Source of the DNA: an uncultured Chloroflexia bacterium
Lineage (GTDB): Bacteria > Chloroflexota > Dehalococcoidia > GIF9 > UBA5629
Length of the DNA stretch: 64,000 nt
Assembly (NCBI GenBank): GCA_963775935.1
Contig: CAVZKR010000002.1
Span: forward strand, 159,687-223,686
Direction: 5' to 3'
A program made the position numbers and the translations under genes. The notes under the pieces are model-generated. The model saw only the letters and a program-made list of their open reading frames with translations. It was not told where the DNA came from and made no database searches. Shown in pieces: positions 47,767 through 56,500 of the stretch. Every line of letters starts with the position of its first letter. Within the stretch, counting starts at the first letter, position 1.

Positions 47767-48177
47767 TTAAGCGGTGCTATCTGCCCTGCTGTTCAGAATG
47801 AACATTACTTCCGTGGCCGATAGGGCAATACCGATAATGGTATTAGCATCGCCTCCTGTGCTGGGTGCGGTCTCGGTTACCTGGCCGTTAAGGGTGCTCT
47901 CGGCAACATAGATGGGGTTGCCTGCGGTAGCCCCGGTATAGCCCCCCACTACTGCCCTGGGGGATACCGGTATGACGTCACCAATGGCGCCGTCTGCCAG
48001 AGCTACAAGCCTGCCCTGAATAACTCCGCCGGTGGTAGCCAGAGCTCGTTTCCATCCTGAGCTATAGCCGAGGATATCACCGCGCAAGCAAGCTCCTGCC
48101 AGGGTCACGGTGGGGGCTGAGGGTGCGACACCTGAGTTAATTATCTGTCTGTCTTTTGCTGGGTCTGCGAATGCCAT
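47767..48177 (-). CDS. small phage head-associated protein (decoration/cement, DUF2190-like?)
   Basis: 136 aa, Gly/Ala/Val-rich, located immediately after the major capsid gene. Confidence 0.4.
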   Translation of the reverse strand: MAFADPAKDRQIINSGVAPSAPTVTLAGACLRGDILGYSSGWKRALATTGGVIQGRLVALADGAIGDVIPVSPRAVVGGYTGATAGNPIYVAESTLNGQVTETAPSTGGDANTIIGIALSATEVMFILNSRADSTA

Positions 48178-48206
48178 AGTATTTACTCCTTTAAGTTATT
48201 TACTCT

Positions 48207-48310
48207 GTCATTGCGAGCGTAGCGAAGCAATCTCCGTGTCTAACTGTAAACGTAGAGATTGCTTCGTCACTTCGTTCCTCGCAATGACATGGTTCGTATT
48301 CCTCGCACTA
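48207..48310. repeat. REP/MITE-like element, full copy plus one degenerate boxA'
   Basis: GTCATTGCGAGCGTAGCGAAGCAATCTC ... GAGATTGCTTCGTCACTTCGTTCCTCGCAATGAC, then TTCCTCGCACTA. Confidence 0.85.
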
Positions 48311-48338
48311 CTTTATTTATGCCAGCGGGTGCTACCCG

Positions 48339-49263
48339 CTAATCCTGGACTCCGATAAGGGCTGCTGCCTTGACGTTGCTGAACAGTGCCAGGCTGACAT
48401 ACCACTTGATACGGGTTCTGACGGCATCTTTGGTCTCCATGGGGCCGATAGGCTCTGCCTGTAAGCCTCCTGGGCTGGTCAAGCCGCAAAGCCCGTTCTC
48501 ACCGTACTGGACGGCATAGATAACGGAGCTGGTGCTGCCAGTGACGGCGGTCTCTACACTGCTGGATACGGTATGAGTATCAAGCTGGAAGTCGCTCACT
48601 GATATGGGTATGCCGTTATAGAGCTGCACGAACTCTCCGAGAAGCCCTTTGCCTACTTCCAGATTGTTACCGGCAGCTCGCGCCAGGGCGTTAATCTTCC
48701 TGCGGGACCGGCGGGACATAACCAGCATATCTGGCTTGCCTCCCCTGATGGCGTCAATGAGCTGGTCAAGCATGGTTAACGTCAAGGTGGCACCACTGGC
48801 GCCTGCGGCGATCACCTGGGCGCTGGCAGCACCGGTATTGATAATCTTCCGCAAGCCGTCGAACTGGTTAGCATCGGCTGAGCTATCGCCGTAAAGGAAC
48901 TTGTCCTCCAGCTCATGCCTGATAGCCTTGGCGGTAAGCTCGATAATGGCTGCCTCTACGTCCTGAATGTTAGAACGGGTCTGCTTGATGTAATTGTCGA
49001 CGCTCGGCGTTCTGACCCAGGATTTTAAGGGTAGCGGTCTGCTGGCTGAAAGCCAGGGCGGGGCTGGTCACCCAATCGTCATTGGCAGCATGCCACTCTG
49101 CCTCGGGTAGGGTGCTCTCACGGTTATAGGTCAAGGCATTGCCCACAATCTCAATAAAGGGCATGGTCTGGAGTAGCGGGCTATCCTTGATAATGGTTTC
49201 AATGACACCCTGTAACAGGGCATCATTACTAAGTTTGGCTGCTTCGGCTAAGGTTGTTGCCAT
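48339..49263 (-). pseudogene. HK97-fold-type major capsid protein, frame-broken near 49000
   Basis: Track ORFs 48970..49263 and 48339..48854 lie in different frames. My translation of the gap in the second frame is open and sensible (VDNYIKQTRSNIQDVEAAIIELTAKAIRHELEDKFLYGDSSADANQFDGLRKIINTG). This gives a ~308-aa capsid-like protein if one nt is removed. Confidence 0.7.
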
Positions 49264-49287
49264 TTATGTTATTTCTCCTTTTGTTAG

Positions 49288-49797
49288 TTATTTCTTCTTG
49301 CTGGCTAAGCCATGATTGATTTTCTCCCTGGTGGTCATAGCAGACAGGTCGGGGGGTGTTCTGCCTGGCGCACCGGCTGGGATGGTAACCTGCTGGGATT
49401 CCTGGCTGAGCCCCTGCTTAATCTTGCTGACGATAGCAGATGCCTTCTCCACGGCAGCATCCACTTCGGCGATGGTAGCACCGCTGATCAGCTCGGCTGG
49501 GACCAGGGGGTTCGCTTTTAACAGCGCTCCCTTATAGGCGGTGACAGCGCCGTCAAGCGAAGCGGTAAGCGAAGCGAAGCTCTTATCGCTGTCGCTAAGC
49601 TTAGCTTTGAGGACATCAATGTCCTGGGACTTGCTGCCAACTTCGGAGTCAAGCGTAGCGATGCGGTCACTGAGGGGTTTGGTGGCCTGCTCCACTGCCT
49701 GGCTGGTGGCAGTCTTAGCTGCCTCCAGCTCGGCCTGCAGGGTTGAATAGGCTTCTAGGGTGATCTCCTGGGTAGCTGGGATATTCTCTTTAGACAA
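49288..49797 (-). CDS. phage scaffolding protein
   Basis: 169 aa, Ala/Glu/Lys-rich with coiled-coil character, between the portal and capsid genes. It overlaps the portal stop by 8 nt. Confidence 0.6.
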   Translation of the reverse strand: MSKENIPATQEITLEAYSTLQAELEAAKTATSQAVEQATKPLSDRIATLDSEVGSKSQDIDVLKAKLSDSDKSFASLTASLDGAVTAYKGALLKANPLVPAELISGATIAEVDAAVEKASAIVSKIKQGLSQESQQVTIPAGAPGRTPPDLSAMTTREKINHGLASKKK

Positions 49798-51217
49798 GTG
49801 TTCCTCCTTCGGTAGTTTCTATAGCCTGCTCGGCCTCTGCGGTGAATTTTCTATCTCTCTCTCCGCCGCGTGTTGACCTCGCTTTAAACTCGTTATTCAT
49901 TTCCAGGATGCGCTTCCGTTCGTCTAACCAGCGGTTAAACTCCTGCTCGGGATCCCTGATGCCTAACTCATCCATAGCAGTACGCCTGCTATGGACGCCT
50001 GACTGTACCAAGAGCTGCTCATTCTGCGCTGATCGGACGGCATCCTGAGGCAATACCTGCCCCCATATAATTCTCTGGTTAACCTGATTAAGGTCTTGCC
50101 TGGCAAACTGCTGATGCAGTTTAAGGATCATCTGATTCCTGGTGGTATAGGTAGCGGTGCGGATGGTGCGCTTGCGCCGTACCTTCTGAAGCAATGATTG
50201 CAGCTCCACTTCAAGGGCAACGCCTGAAAGCTCCCTCTCGATGCCTCCGTAGGCTGCCCTGGGGGCTTCAGAGATGTCATGGAGGCAGCGATAGACTAAA
50301 TCGATATAGTCCACATGGAGCCTGATGCCTCCCCCCTGCAGCAAGTCCAGCAAGTACGCCTTGCTCTCCTGGGGGATATTCCAGACGGCGCCTGGCTGCA
50401 CTCTGATATCCTCTGAGCTTTCCACACCTTCGAGTACGGCGATGGGATTGCCTGATACCTCCAGGATGCGGCTGAGCTGGGTCAAAGCTCGGTTAAGCTC
50501 GGTCTGCGCCTGCTTAACGGCTGGTATATCGGAATAGCCCCAAAACTTCTTAGGCTGCCTCAGATTGGGGAAGATCACAAAGGGGATAAAGCCATAAGGA
50601 TTCGGCTTATTCTCAATAAGGTCGTTATCAATAAAGAGCTGGAACTGCTTAGCCGTCCATACCTCGGTAAGCATGGCGAACTTCTTAGATATCTTCCTGG
50701 AGTAAAGTAGCTCAATCTCCTCTTGGCTAAGCTGATACCTGCTGGCTACTCTCCACACCTTGCTGATATCGTCTCCCATGTGCCAGGCATAGAGGCCGTG
50801 AACATCGGGACTGGTTACCCTGATACGCTTTTCCAGATTGTCATAGGTGACCTTATAGCACCCATCCCCCAATACGGCTGCGTCAATTTCCGTTTCATAG
50901 TCCAGCTCCTGGAGATTATTATCCTGGTAAACACGGTAGAGCAATCGTTCTGCTTCCTGCGCCACCTGTTTATCGGGTCCTGAGTCAGTGACCGAGTCAC
51001 AGGCGAAGTTCAATCCCTGGGTCAAATAGCTGGTAACCTTATCCACGGCGATTCGAACATAGTTAAACACGAGCTGTCGATTGCGTGACCGCTCTGCCCA
51101 CTGGCTGCCTTCGTAGAAGTCCAGGTTAGCCTTATAGGCGCCCATGCGGTCCTTATCCATATTAGCCAGGGACTGAGGATTAAAGCCTGCACTGAGCGGA
51201 GCGAATGTGTCAGTCAT
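49790..51217 (-). CDS. phage portal protein
   Basis: 475 aa with a DFYEGSQW-type N-terminal motif. Located upstream of the scaffold and capsid genes. Confidence 0.7.
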   Translation of the reverse strand: MTDTFAPLSAGFNPQSLANMDKDRMGAYKANLDFYEGSQWAERSRNRQLVFNYVRIAVDKVTSYLTQGLNFACDSVTDSGPDKQVAQEAERLLYRVYQDNNLQELDYETEIDAAVLGDGCYKVTYDNLEKRIRVTSPDVHGLYAWHMGDDISKVWRVASRYQLSQEEIELLYSRKISKKFAMLTEVWTAKQFQLFIDNDLIENKPNPYGFIPFVIFPNLRQPKKFWGYSDIPAVKQAQTELNRALTQLSRILEVSGNPIAVLEGVESSEDIRVQPGAVWNIPQESKAYLLDLLQGGGIRLHVDYIDLVYRCLHDISEAPRAAYGGIERELSGVALEVELQSLLQKVRRKRTIRTATYTTRNQMILKLHQQFARQDLNQVNQRIIWGQVLPQDAVRSAQNEQLLVQSGVHSRRTAMDELGIRDPEQEFNRWLDERKRILEMNNEFKARSTRGGERDRKFTAEAEQAIETTEGGTLV

Positions 51218-51493
51218 TACGTACGCCTCCGGTAGCGAGGATACGTTGCACTGTCCTCTGGCTTACTTTAAAGAGTACGGCAATTTCCCTGGTGCTTTTA
51301 CCACAGCGTCTTAGCTCAGCCATCTGGCTGGCTCTGCTGAGCATCCGCAGCTTTTGCTTACCTCGTGGCTTGTCCTCGATGCAATGGGGCAGGGGGCAAC
51401 TGAGACAGGCTGGGAACAGCTCGCAGCCATTGTCTTTCCATTGTTTTCATCGGCTGTGAGGTTTAGTTTGATAGTGGTCTCGGCAGGAGTCAT
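51210..51493 (-). pseudogene. small Cys-rich HTH protein (terminase-small/regulator-like), frame-broken at an A-run
   Basis: The track ORF 51311..51493 starts MTPAETTIKLNLTADENNGK. The -1 frame then reads KQWKDNGCELFPACLSCPLPHCIEDKPRGKQKLRMLSRASQMAELRRCGKSTREIAVLFKVSQRTVQRILATGGVRND*, with its stop overlapping the portal ATG. One extra A in GAAAAC would join them into a 94-aa ORF. Confidence 0.45.
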
Positions 51494-51556
51494 GGCATTT
51501 ATAATAGTACAATTGTTCTAGTTTAACAACAGTAAAGTGGCGTTTTTATTATGCCT

Positions 51557-51706
51557 TGTCATGGCAAGGCACTCCCACCTGTTATTGCGAGGCACTCCCA
51601 CCTGTCATTGCGAGCTGAAGCGAAGCAATCTCTCTGTCTTACTGTCAACGTAACGATTGTTTCGTCGTTACACTCCTCGCAATGACAGAAAAAAACTCGC
51701 CATGAC
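51557..51706. repeat. REP/MITE-like element with a 23-bp tandem array of boxA units, followed by a full palindrome
   Basis: TGTCATGGCAAGGCACTCCCACC / TGTTATTGCGAGGCACTCCCACC / TGTCATTGCGAGC..GAAGCAATCTC ... CGATTGTTTCGTCGTTACACTCCTCGCAATGAC ... CTCGCCATGAC. Confidence 0.85.
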
Positions 51707-51812
51707 AGAAAAGGTGAACGAAGCCCATTTAAATCCTTTGCCATCGTGGGTTAGATTCAATACACTGGCCTGTTTTCTTGACAAAAAAGTCTAAAAGAGC
51801 TTTAATTCCACT

Positions 51813-51899
51813 ATGCGCATTTTGCATTGTGCAGGAATCTTTTTACTTTTCGCTGGCGCTCTGCTGGCGATACCGGCTCCCGTTGCCAGTGGTGGCTGA
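51813..51899 (+). other. 28-codon signal-peptide-like ORF ending in TGA, in frame with the downstream surface-protein ORF
   Basis: Own translation MRILHCAGIFLLFAGALLAIPAPVASGG*. By my count it is in the same frame as 51924..53108. Positions 51843 onward are cross-validated by the antisense track ORF 51843..52388. Confidence 0.5.
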
Positions 51900-51923
51900 G
51901 GTGAGGGTGGCTGCGGCGTCAGT

Positions 51924-53108
51924 TTGACGCCGACGAGTGGTCAGGTAGGGAGCACGGCTACCATTTCCATTAGCAGCACTGCCTTTCCCATCGACGGTGA
52001 ATATAAGATTCGCTGGAGCAAGACGGCATCTTATGATGATGATAAGACCCTGGTCATCAAGGAGGGGGCTGTGCCCAAGAATGGCTATTCGGTAACGGAT
52101 AGCTTCACCATTCCTGAGGCGCAGTATGGCAATCATTATATTCAGTTCTGGCGCTACAACCGTGATGATGCCGTGAACTTTCAGTTTACCGTGAGGCCGA
52201 AACTCGAGGTTATGCCACAGCAGGCAGCGCCGGGAACCATAATAAAAGTTAAGGGTACCGGCTTTCCTCTCGACGGAGAGGGTACGGTCACCTTCGATGG
52301 CAAGGCGACTACTATCCAGGTTGCGCCTGGCGCCAACGGTACCTTTCTTGCTGATTTTATCATGCCGGTGACCATTGCTGGCGACCATAAATTCGTGGCT
52401 AATTCACCCAAGGTTTTCACCGATGTGCTGACTGCTATGGTGAAAGTGGTGCCGGTAATCACCATGGAGCCCAAACAGCCGGAAATCGGCGCTGAGGTAA
52501 AAATAACCGGTGCTGGCTTCGCTGCCAAAAGCATCATGAAGCTCAAGTACGACAATGTGAGCATTGCTAACTCGCCGACCACTGCTGAGGATGGTAGTTT
52601 TGTCTATACCTTCAAGGTGCCGGATAGCTCTGCCAAGGACCATAAGATCACTGCCGAGGACGGGGCAGGCAACAGCGCGGTCTGGAGTCTGGCGCTGGAG
52701 GGCAAAGCGCCGCCCAAGCCAACGCCAATGTCACCCAAGAATGAGCGGTTCGGCTGGTTAGGTGACCAGTCAGTCACCTTCACCTGGTCGGCGGTGACTG
52801 ACCTCAGCGGCGTCACCTATACCATGGAAGTGGCTGAGGATCTCAATTTCTTCCCGTTGAAACCGGGGATGAAGAAAGTTGGCCTGACAAAGCCCGACTG
52901 CACGCTTACCGTTAAGCCGGGCACCTACTACTGGCGGATCAAGGCAATTGACGGTGCCGGTAACGAAGGTGAGTGGGCAATCTCGCCCTATCCCTTTTTC
53001 GTGGGCTTTTTCTCCACCTGGATGCTGGTTGCTGGCGGCCTGGTCTGTCTGCTTGTTTTTATTCTGCTCATCCGCGCCTTCTTCAGAAGGCTCAGAGACT
53101 ATTACTAA
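51924..53108 (+). CDS. IPT/TIG-repeat surface protein with FN3-like domain and C-terminal TM anchor
   Basis: Three ~85-aa Ig-like repeats (..GSTATISISS.., ..GTIIKVKGTGFP.., ..GAEVKITGAGFA..), then GTYYWRIKAIDGAGNEGEW, then the TM helix WMLVAGGLVCLLVFILLI. The track start is a TTG with no signal peptide of its own. Confidence 0.8.
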   Translation: MTPTSGQVGSTATISISSTAFPIDGEYKIRWSKTASYDDDKTLVIKEGAVPKNGYSVTDSFTIPEAQYGNHYIQFWRYNRDDAVNFQFTVRPKLEVMPQQAAPGTIIKVKGTGFPLDGEGTVTFDGKATTIQVAPGANGTFLADFIMPVTIAGDHKFVANSPKVFTDVLTAMVKVVPVITMEPKQPEIGAEVKITGAGFAAKSIMKLKYDNVSIANSPTTAEDGSFVYTFKVPDSSAKDHKITAEDGAGNSAVWSLALEGKAPPKPTPMSPKNERFGWLGDQSVTFTWSAVTDLSGVTYTMEVAEDLNFFPLKPGMKKVGLTKPDCTLTVKPGTYYWRIKAIDGAGNEGEWAISPYPFFVGFFSTWMLVAGGLVCLLVFILLIRAFFRRLRDYY

Positions 53109-53131
53109 TAATTTAACACCTCTCACCCCTG

Positions 53132-53169
53132 CCCCTCTCTCCTTCGAAGGAGAGAGGGGTTGTTTTTTA
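53132..53169 (+). terminator. rho-independent terminator
   Basis: CCCCTCTCTCCTT-CG-AAGGAGAGAGGGG followed by TTGTTTTTT. Confidence 0.8.
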
Positions 53170-53570
53170 TGTACTTATATATATAATAAGGAAGCCCGTG
53201 CTGCTGATGAGCGCAGTGGTGGGGGCTTGACAGCAGTGGTACAATAGATAACAGGTGAGGGAAAACCTCGCCTGTTTTGCTATAATTAAAAAAGGAGGTG
53301 ATGGTATGGCCTAGAGCTCTGGTGGGGCGAGCCCTGCCAAAGCAAGTGAAAGACGGTCCTGGCCCAGGGACAGAAAGCGGTACTTCTGGGGGCAGCCTTA
53401 CGGACAGGCTTAAAAGAACCGAAAAGACAATTGAATATGTTCCCTTTTGGGGTTCCAAATAGAAATCCAGAAATAGTTGGGATACCCATAAAACCCGAGG
53501 CGAAAAGTCGAATTTGCCGAGGGTCCTGTGGAGAGAAATCGATACAGGTTAACTACTTAATGGAGGAAGA

Positions 53571-56500
53571 ATGAAAGTTAAATATTCGAGTTTTCTTGGA
53601 ATACTCGTCGCTCTGATGCTGGTAGCCAGCTTTGTGGTACCGGCCAGACTGATGAGCCCCGAGCCGGTATCTGCCGCTTCCGAGCAATCGAAAATGCAAT
53701 GGTGGACGGTAGACACTCCGGATAATGAATTAGGTCAGACCAAGAACCTGTACAGCCCGATATGGCCAACGGCGGCAGGTACTGAGTCTGGTTCGGAACT
53801 GATCAAGCTGCTGGTGGGCAGTAATGGCACCACCATGTATGTCATTTATGCCCGCACCGCTGTGGGTACTACGGCACTTGGCCCCCCCCCTGTTAGCAGC
53901 CTGGATGACGCTCTGTTTGCCAGGGTACGGTTTATGAAATCCAATGATGGCGGCCGTTCCTGGAGCGGAGCCAACTACAACAACCTTGTTCGAGACTGGC
54001 TGAACCCGACGACGTTTAGTCCCGGGCAGTATCCCAAGGTTTGCATCTGGGATATGGTGATAGCGCCGGATAATCCCAATGTCGTCGCCGTTGCGGCAAG
54101 CTATGTTGGCAATCCCGTTATTGCTGGCGAGGGCATAAACATTCACAGAGTGTTCATTTCCATGGATGGAGGCAGTAACTGGGAAAATACCCAGTGGGCA
54201 CCGGCGGCACCGGCACCTCTGCCTGATACCTATATCAGCGCCATGGACATAAGCATGGACTACGGCGCCCGTTCCATTCTGGTGGGCTGCCGCCGCGGTG
54301 TGGTCACCGCTGACAACAATATGCTGTGGACGATGAAGATGCCCGGCTACGGTGGCTGGAACGCCCAGAATACTGATAACGGCACACCGGCATCGATTAA
54401 TCCCTTTGACGGCGATATCATTGCCGCCAAATTCTCGCCGACCTTCAATGGTGATTCCACCATTGTTGTGATCTATGCAAATGCCGTCGGCACCTACATG
54501 GTCACTGGTGTTGCTGACATCGCTAAGAACACCACCACCTGGCAGCCGGCTGGCACGCATGTGGAAATCATGCGGCCGACCGACAGTCCAAACTTTTCGC
54601 CTAACATCAACGAGATCATCACTGCTATGATTCAGCTGCCGTCAGACTTCTCCGGCCAGAGCGCCAGCCTGCGCCGCGTCTACGTCAGCACTGATTCCAT
54701 CGGTGCTAATGGTGCAGTTGCCCGCGGTGTGTTCCGCATTGATGACAATATCGTCTATTGTCTGATGGACAACACCAATACGTTCTACGTTGCTGGCGTT
54801 ACCACGTCACGTAGAGCTGCCAGCATTGCCTACTGGGGCACCTATGCCTCAGGCAAGCTGCTGGTTGGCGAGAGACTGGGACAGGCCTGCAGGGCACAGG
54901 TCCCGGTATGGTTCACCGACTCGCCGACCACCTGTCCCGTACCCTGCTGGTATCCGGCCAAGAAACCGCCTACCGGCGCTGCTGGACAAACCGATTGTAC
55001 TTCGAGTACTAATTACTATGGCAATGCCTATGTGGTGTGGTCACCGACCTTTGCCGCACAGGGCGTCGCCTATGCCACTACTGGCGCCTCGAGCTACGAT
55101 GGGGCGTTTCTTGCCTATGCTTCTCCGCAGACGCCAGCTATCAACTGGCCTGCTGCCATTTTCAACATAAGATTCCTTGACGAGTCAGCATTCAGTCTGA
55201 CCCGCAATAACGGTGAGACCTGGAACCAGCTGTCATTGATTGACACTCGGATCAACAAGCTCACCGACGTTGCCCCATCTCCTGATTGCACCACGGTCTA
55301 CCTGGCATCGGTCAACAATGGAACCTACTGTCAGGGCTTTGACAGCGTGTGGCGCAGCAGCACCAATGAGAAAGTAGTGGCTCCGCCGCTACCGGCACTG
55401 CCCATCGGGCAGGTGTGGGAGAGGGTGTACACCCATGTCACCGCTCTCACCTGCACTGATGTTCCTCAGTCCAACTATGCTATCCTGAGACTGGCTCCGG
55501 ATAAGCTGGACGGACAGGTGGTAGGCTGGGCTGCTGGTGGTACCAGCGGACTTTCTGCTATTGGTGGATTCGGTGTTGGTGCCAACACCAAAGCGATGGC
55601 CTGGTCACCGGACTTCGGTGATTACTGGGCTGACCAGAACCCCAGAATCCCGGTACAGGACTTTGCCTTTGAAACCAGCACCATTCTGTATGTCCTGTCG
55701 CTCGATGGCAATATGCAGAAGATGCCGTACACCGGCACTGCCTGGTCGAGCACCATCCAGACGGTGGGCACGGCCACTGCTGGCGGTCACACTATTGAAG
55801 CCATGGCGCCTGACAAGGTGCTGGTGGGCAATGCTCAGACAGGAGCCTCGCCGAATCCGGCATCCCTCTCCACCAATGGTGGCACCTCCTTCGTGCCAAT
55901 GGTGAGACCGATGCCGAACGCAGCTACCGTCGGCTACCATGCCATTTTTGACACCGACTTTGTCAAGAATGCCACCATCTATGTCGCCAACGACAAAACG
56001 GGTTATGGCCTGGTCTACCGCAATACGGCACCGGCCGGCTCCAATGTCGACTGGACCGACATGATGACCAACATGTGCTTCATCGGCTATGCCGGCCCGC
56101 ACGAGGCGTACTTCGGTCTGATACAGACCAACTCGCTGAACGCGACTGGCCAGGGCACGCTGTATGCAGCCCATGACTGGCAGAGTCAGGGTGGATGGAG
56201 TGGTGTCGAGCGTACACTTACCCCGCTGGCTGGGATACCCAAGCCAGGTCTGGAATGGGTATGTCTCGATGCTGCTGCCTCTCCATATCAGGCTCAAAAC
56301 GTCCAATTCACCCTTGAGCCGAAATCACTCAAATTCTGCGGTTGTCTGACTGCTGACACCTATACTACGCTGTATGCCATTGACAACGATTACTACTCCG
56401 ATGTCCACAACGTTGGCAAGACTACTGCCTGGGCTGGGTACAACAAAGGCGTCAGGACAATCGGCTTGCTCTGGGAGTACACTGACTGTGTCGCCAAGAA

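Noticed and set aside
51897-51899. Genome-wide TGA reassignment (genetic code 4 or 25) as an explanation for the in-frame TGA
   Set aside because: Many well-supported genes here terminate at TGA at the expected length (for example the CBS gene at 11114-11116 and the HTH gene overlapping the portal start). Conserved genes show no internal TGA.
53301-53462. SRP RNA / other housekeeping ncRNA in the surface-gene leader (GGTCCTGGCCCAGGGACAGAAAGCGG resembles the SRP helix-8 region superficially)
   Set aside because: The conserved GGAAGCAGC / GNRA-tetraloop context of SRP domain IV is not present. I also see no RNase P or tmRNA signatures, and I cannot support an ncRNA call by eye.
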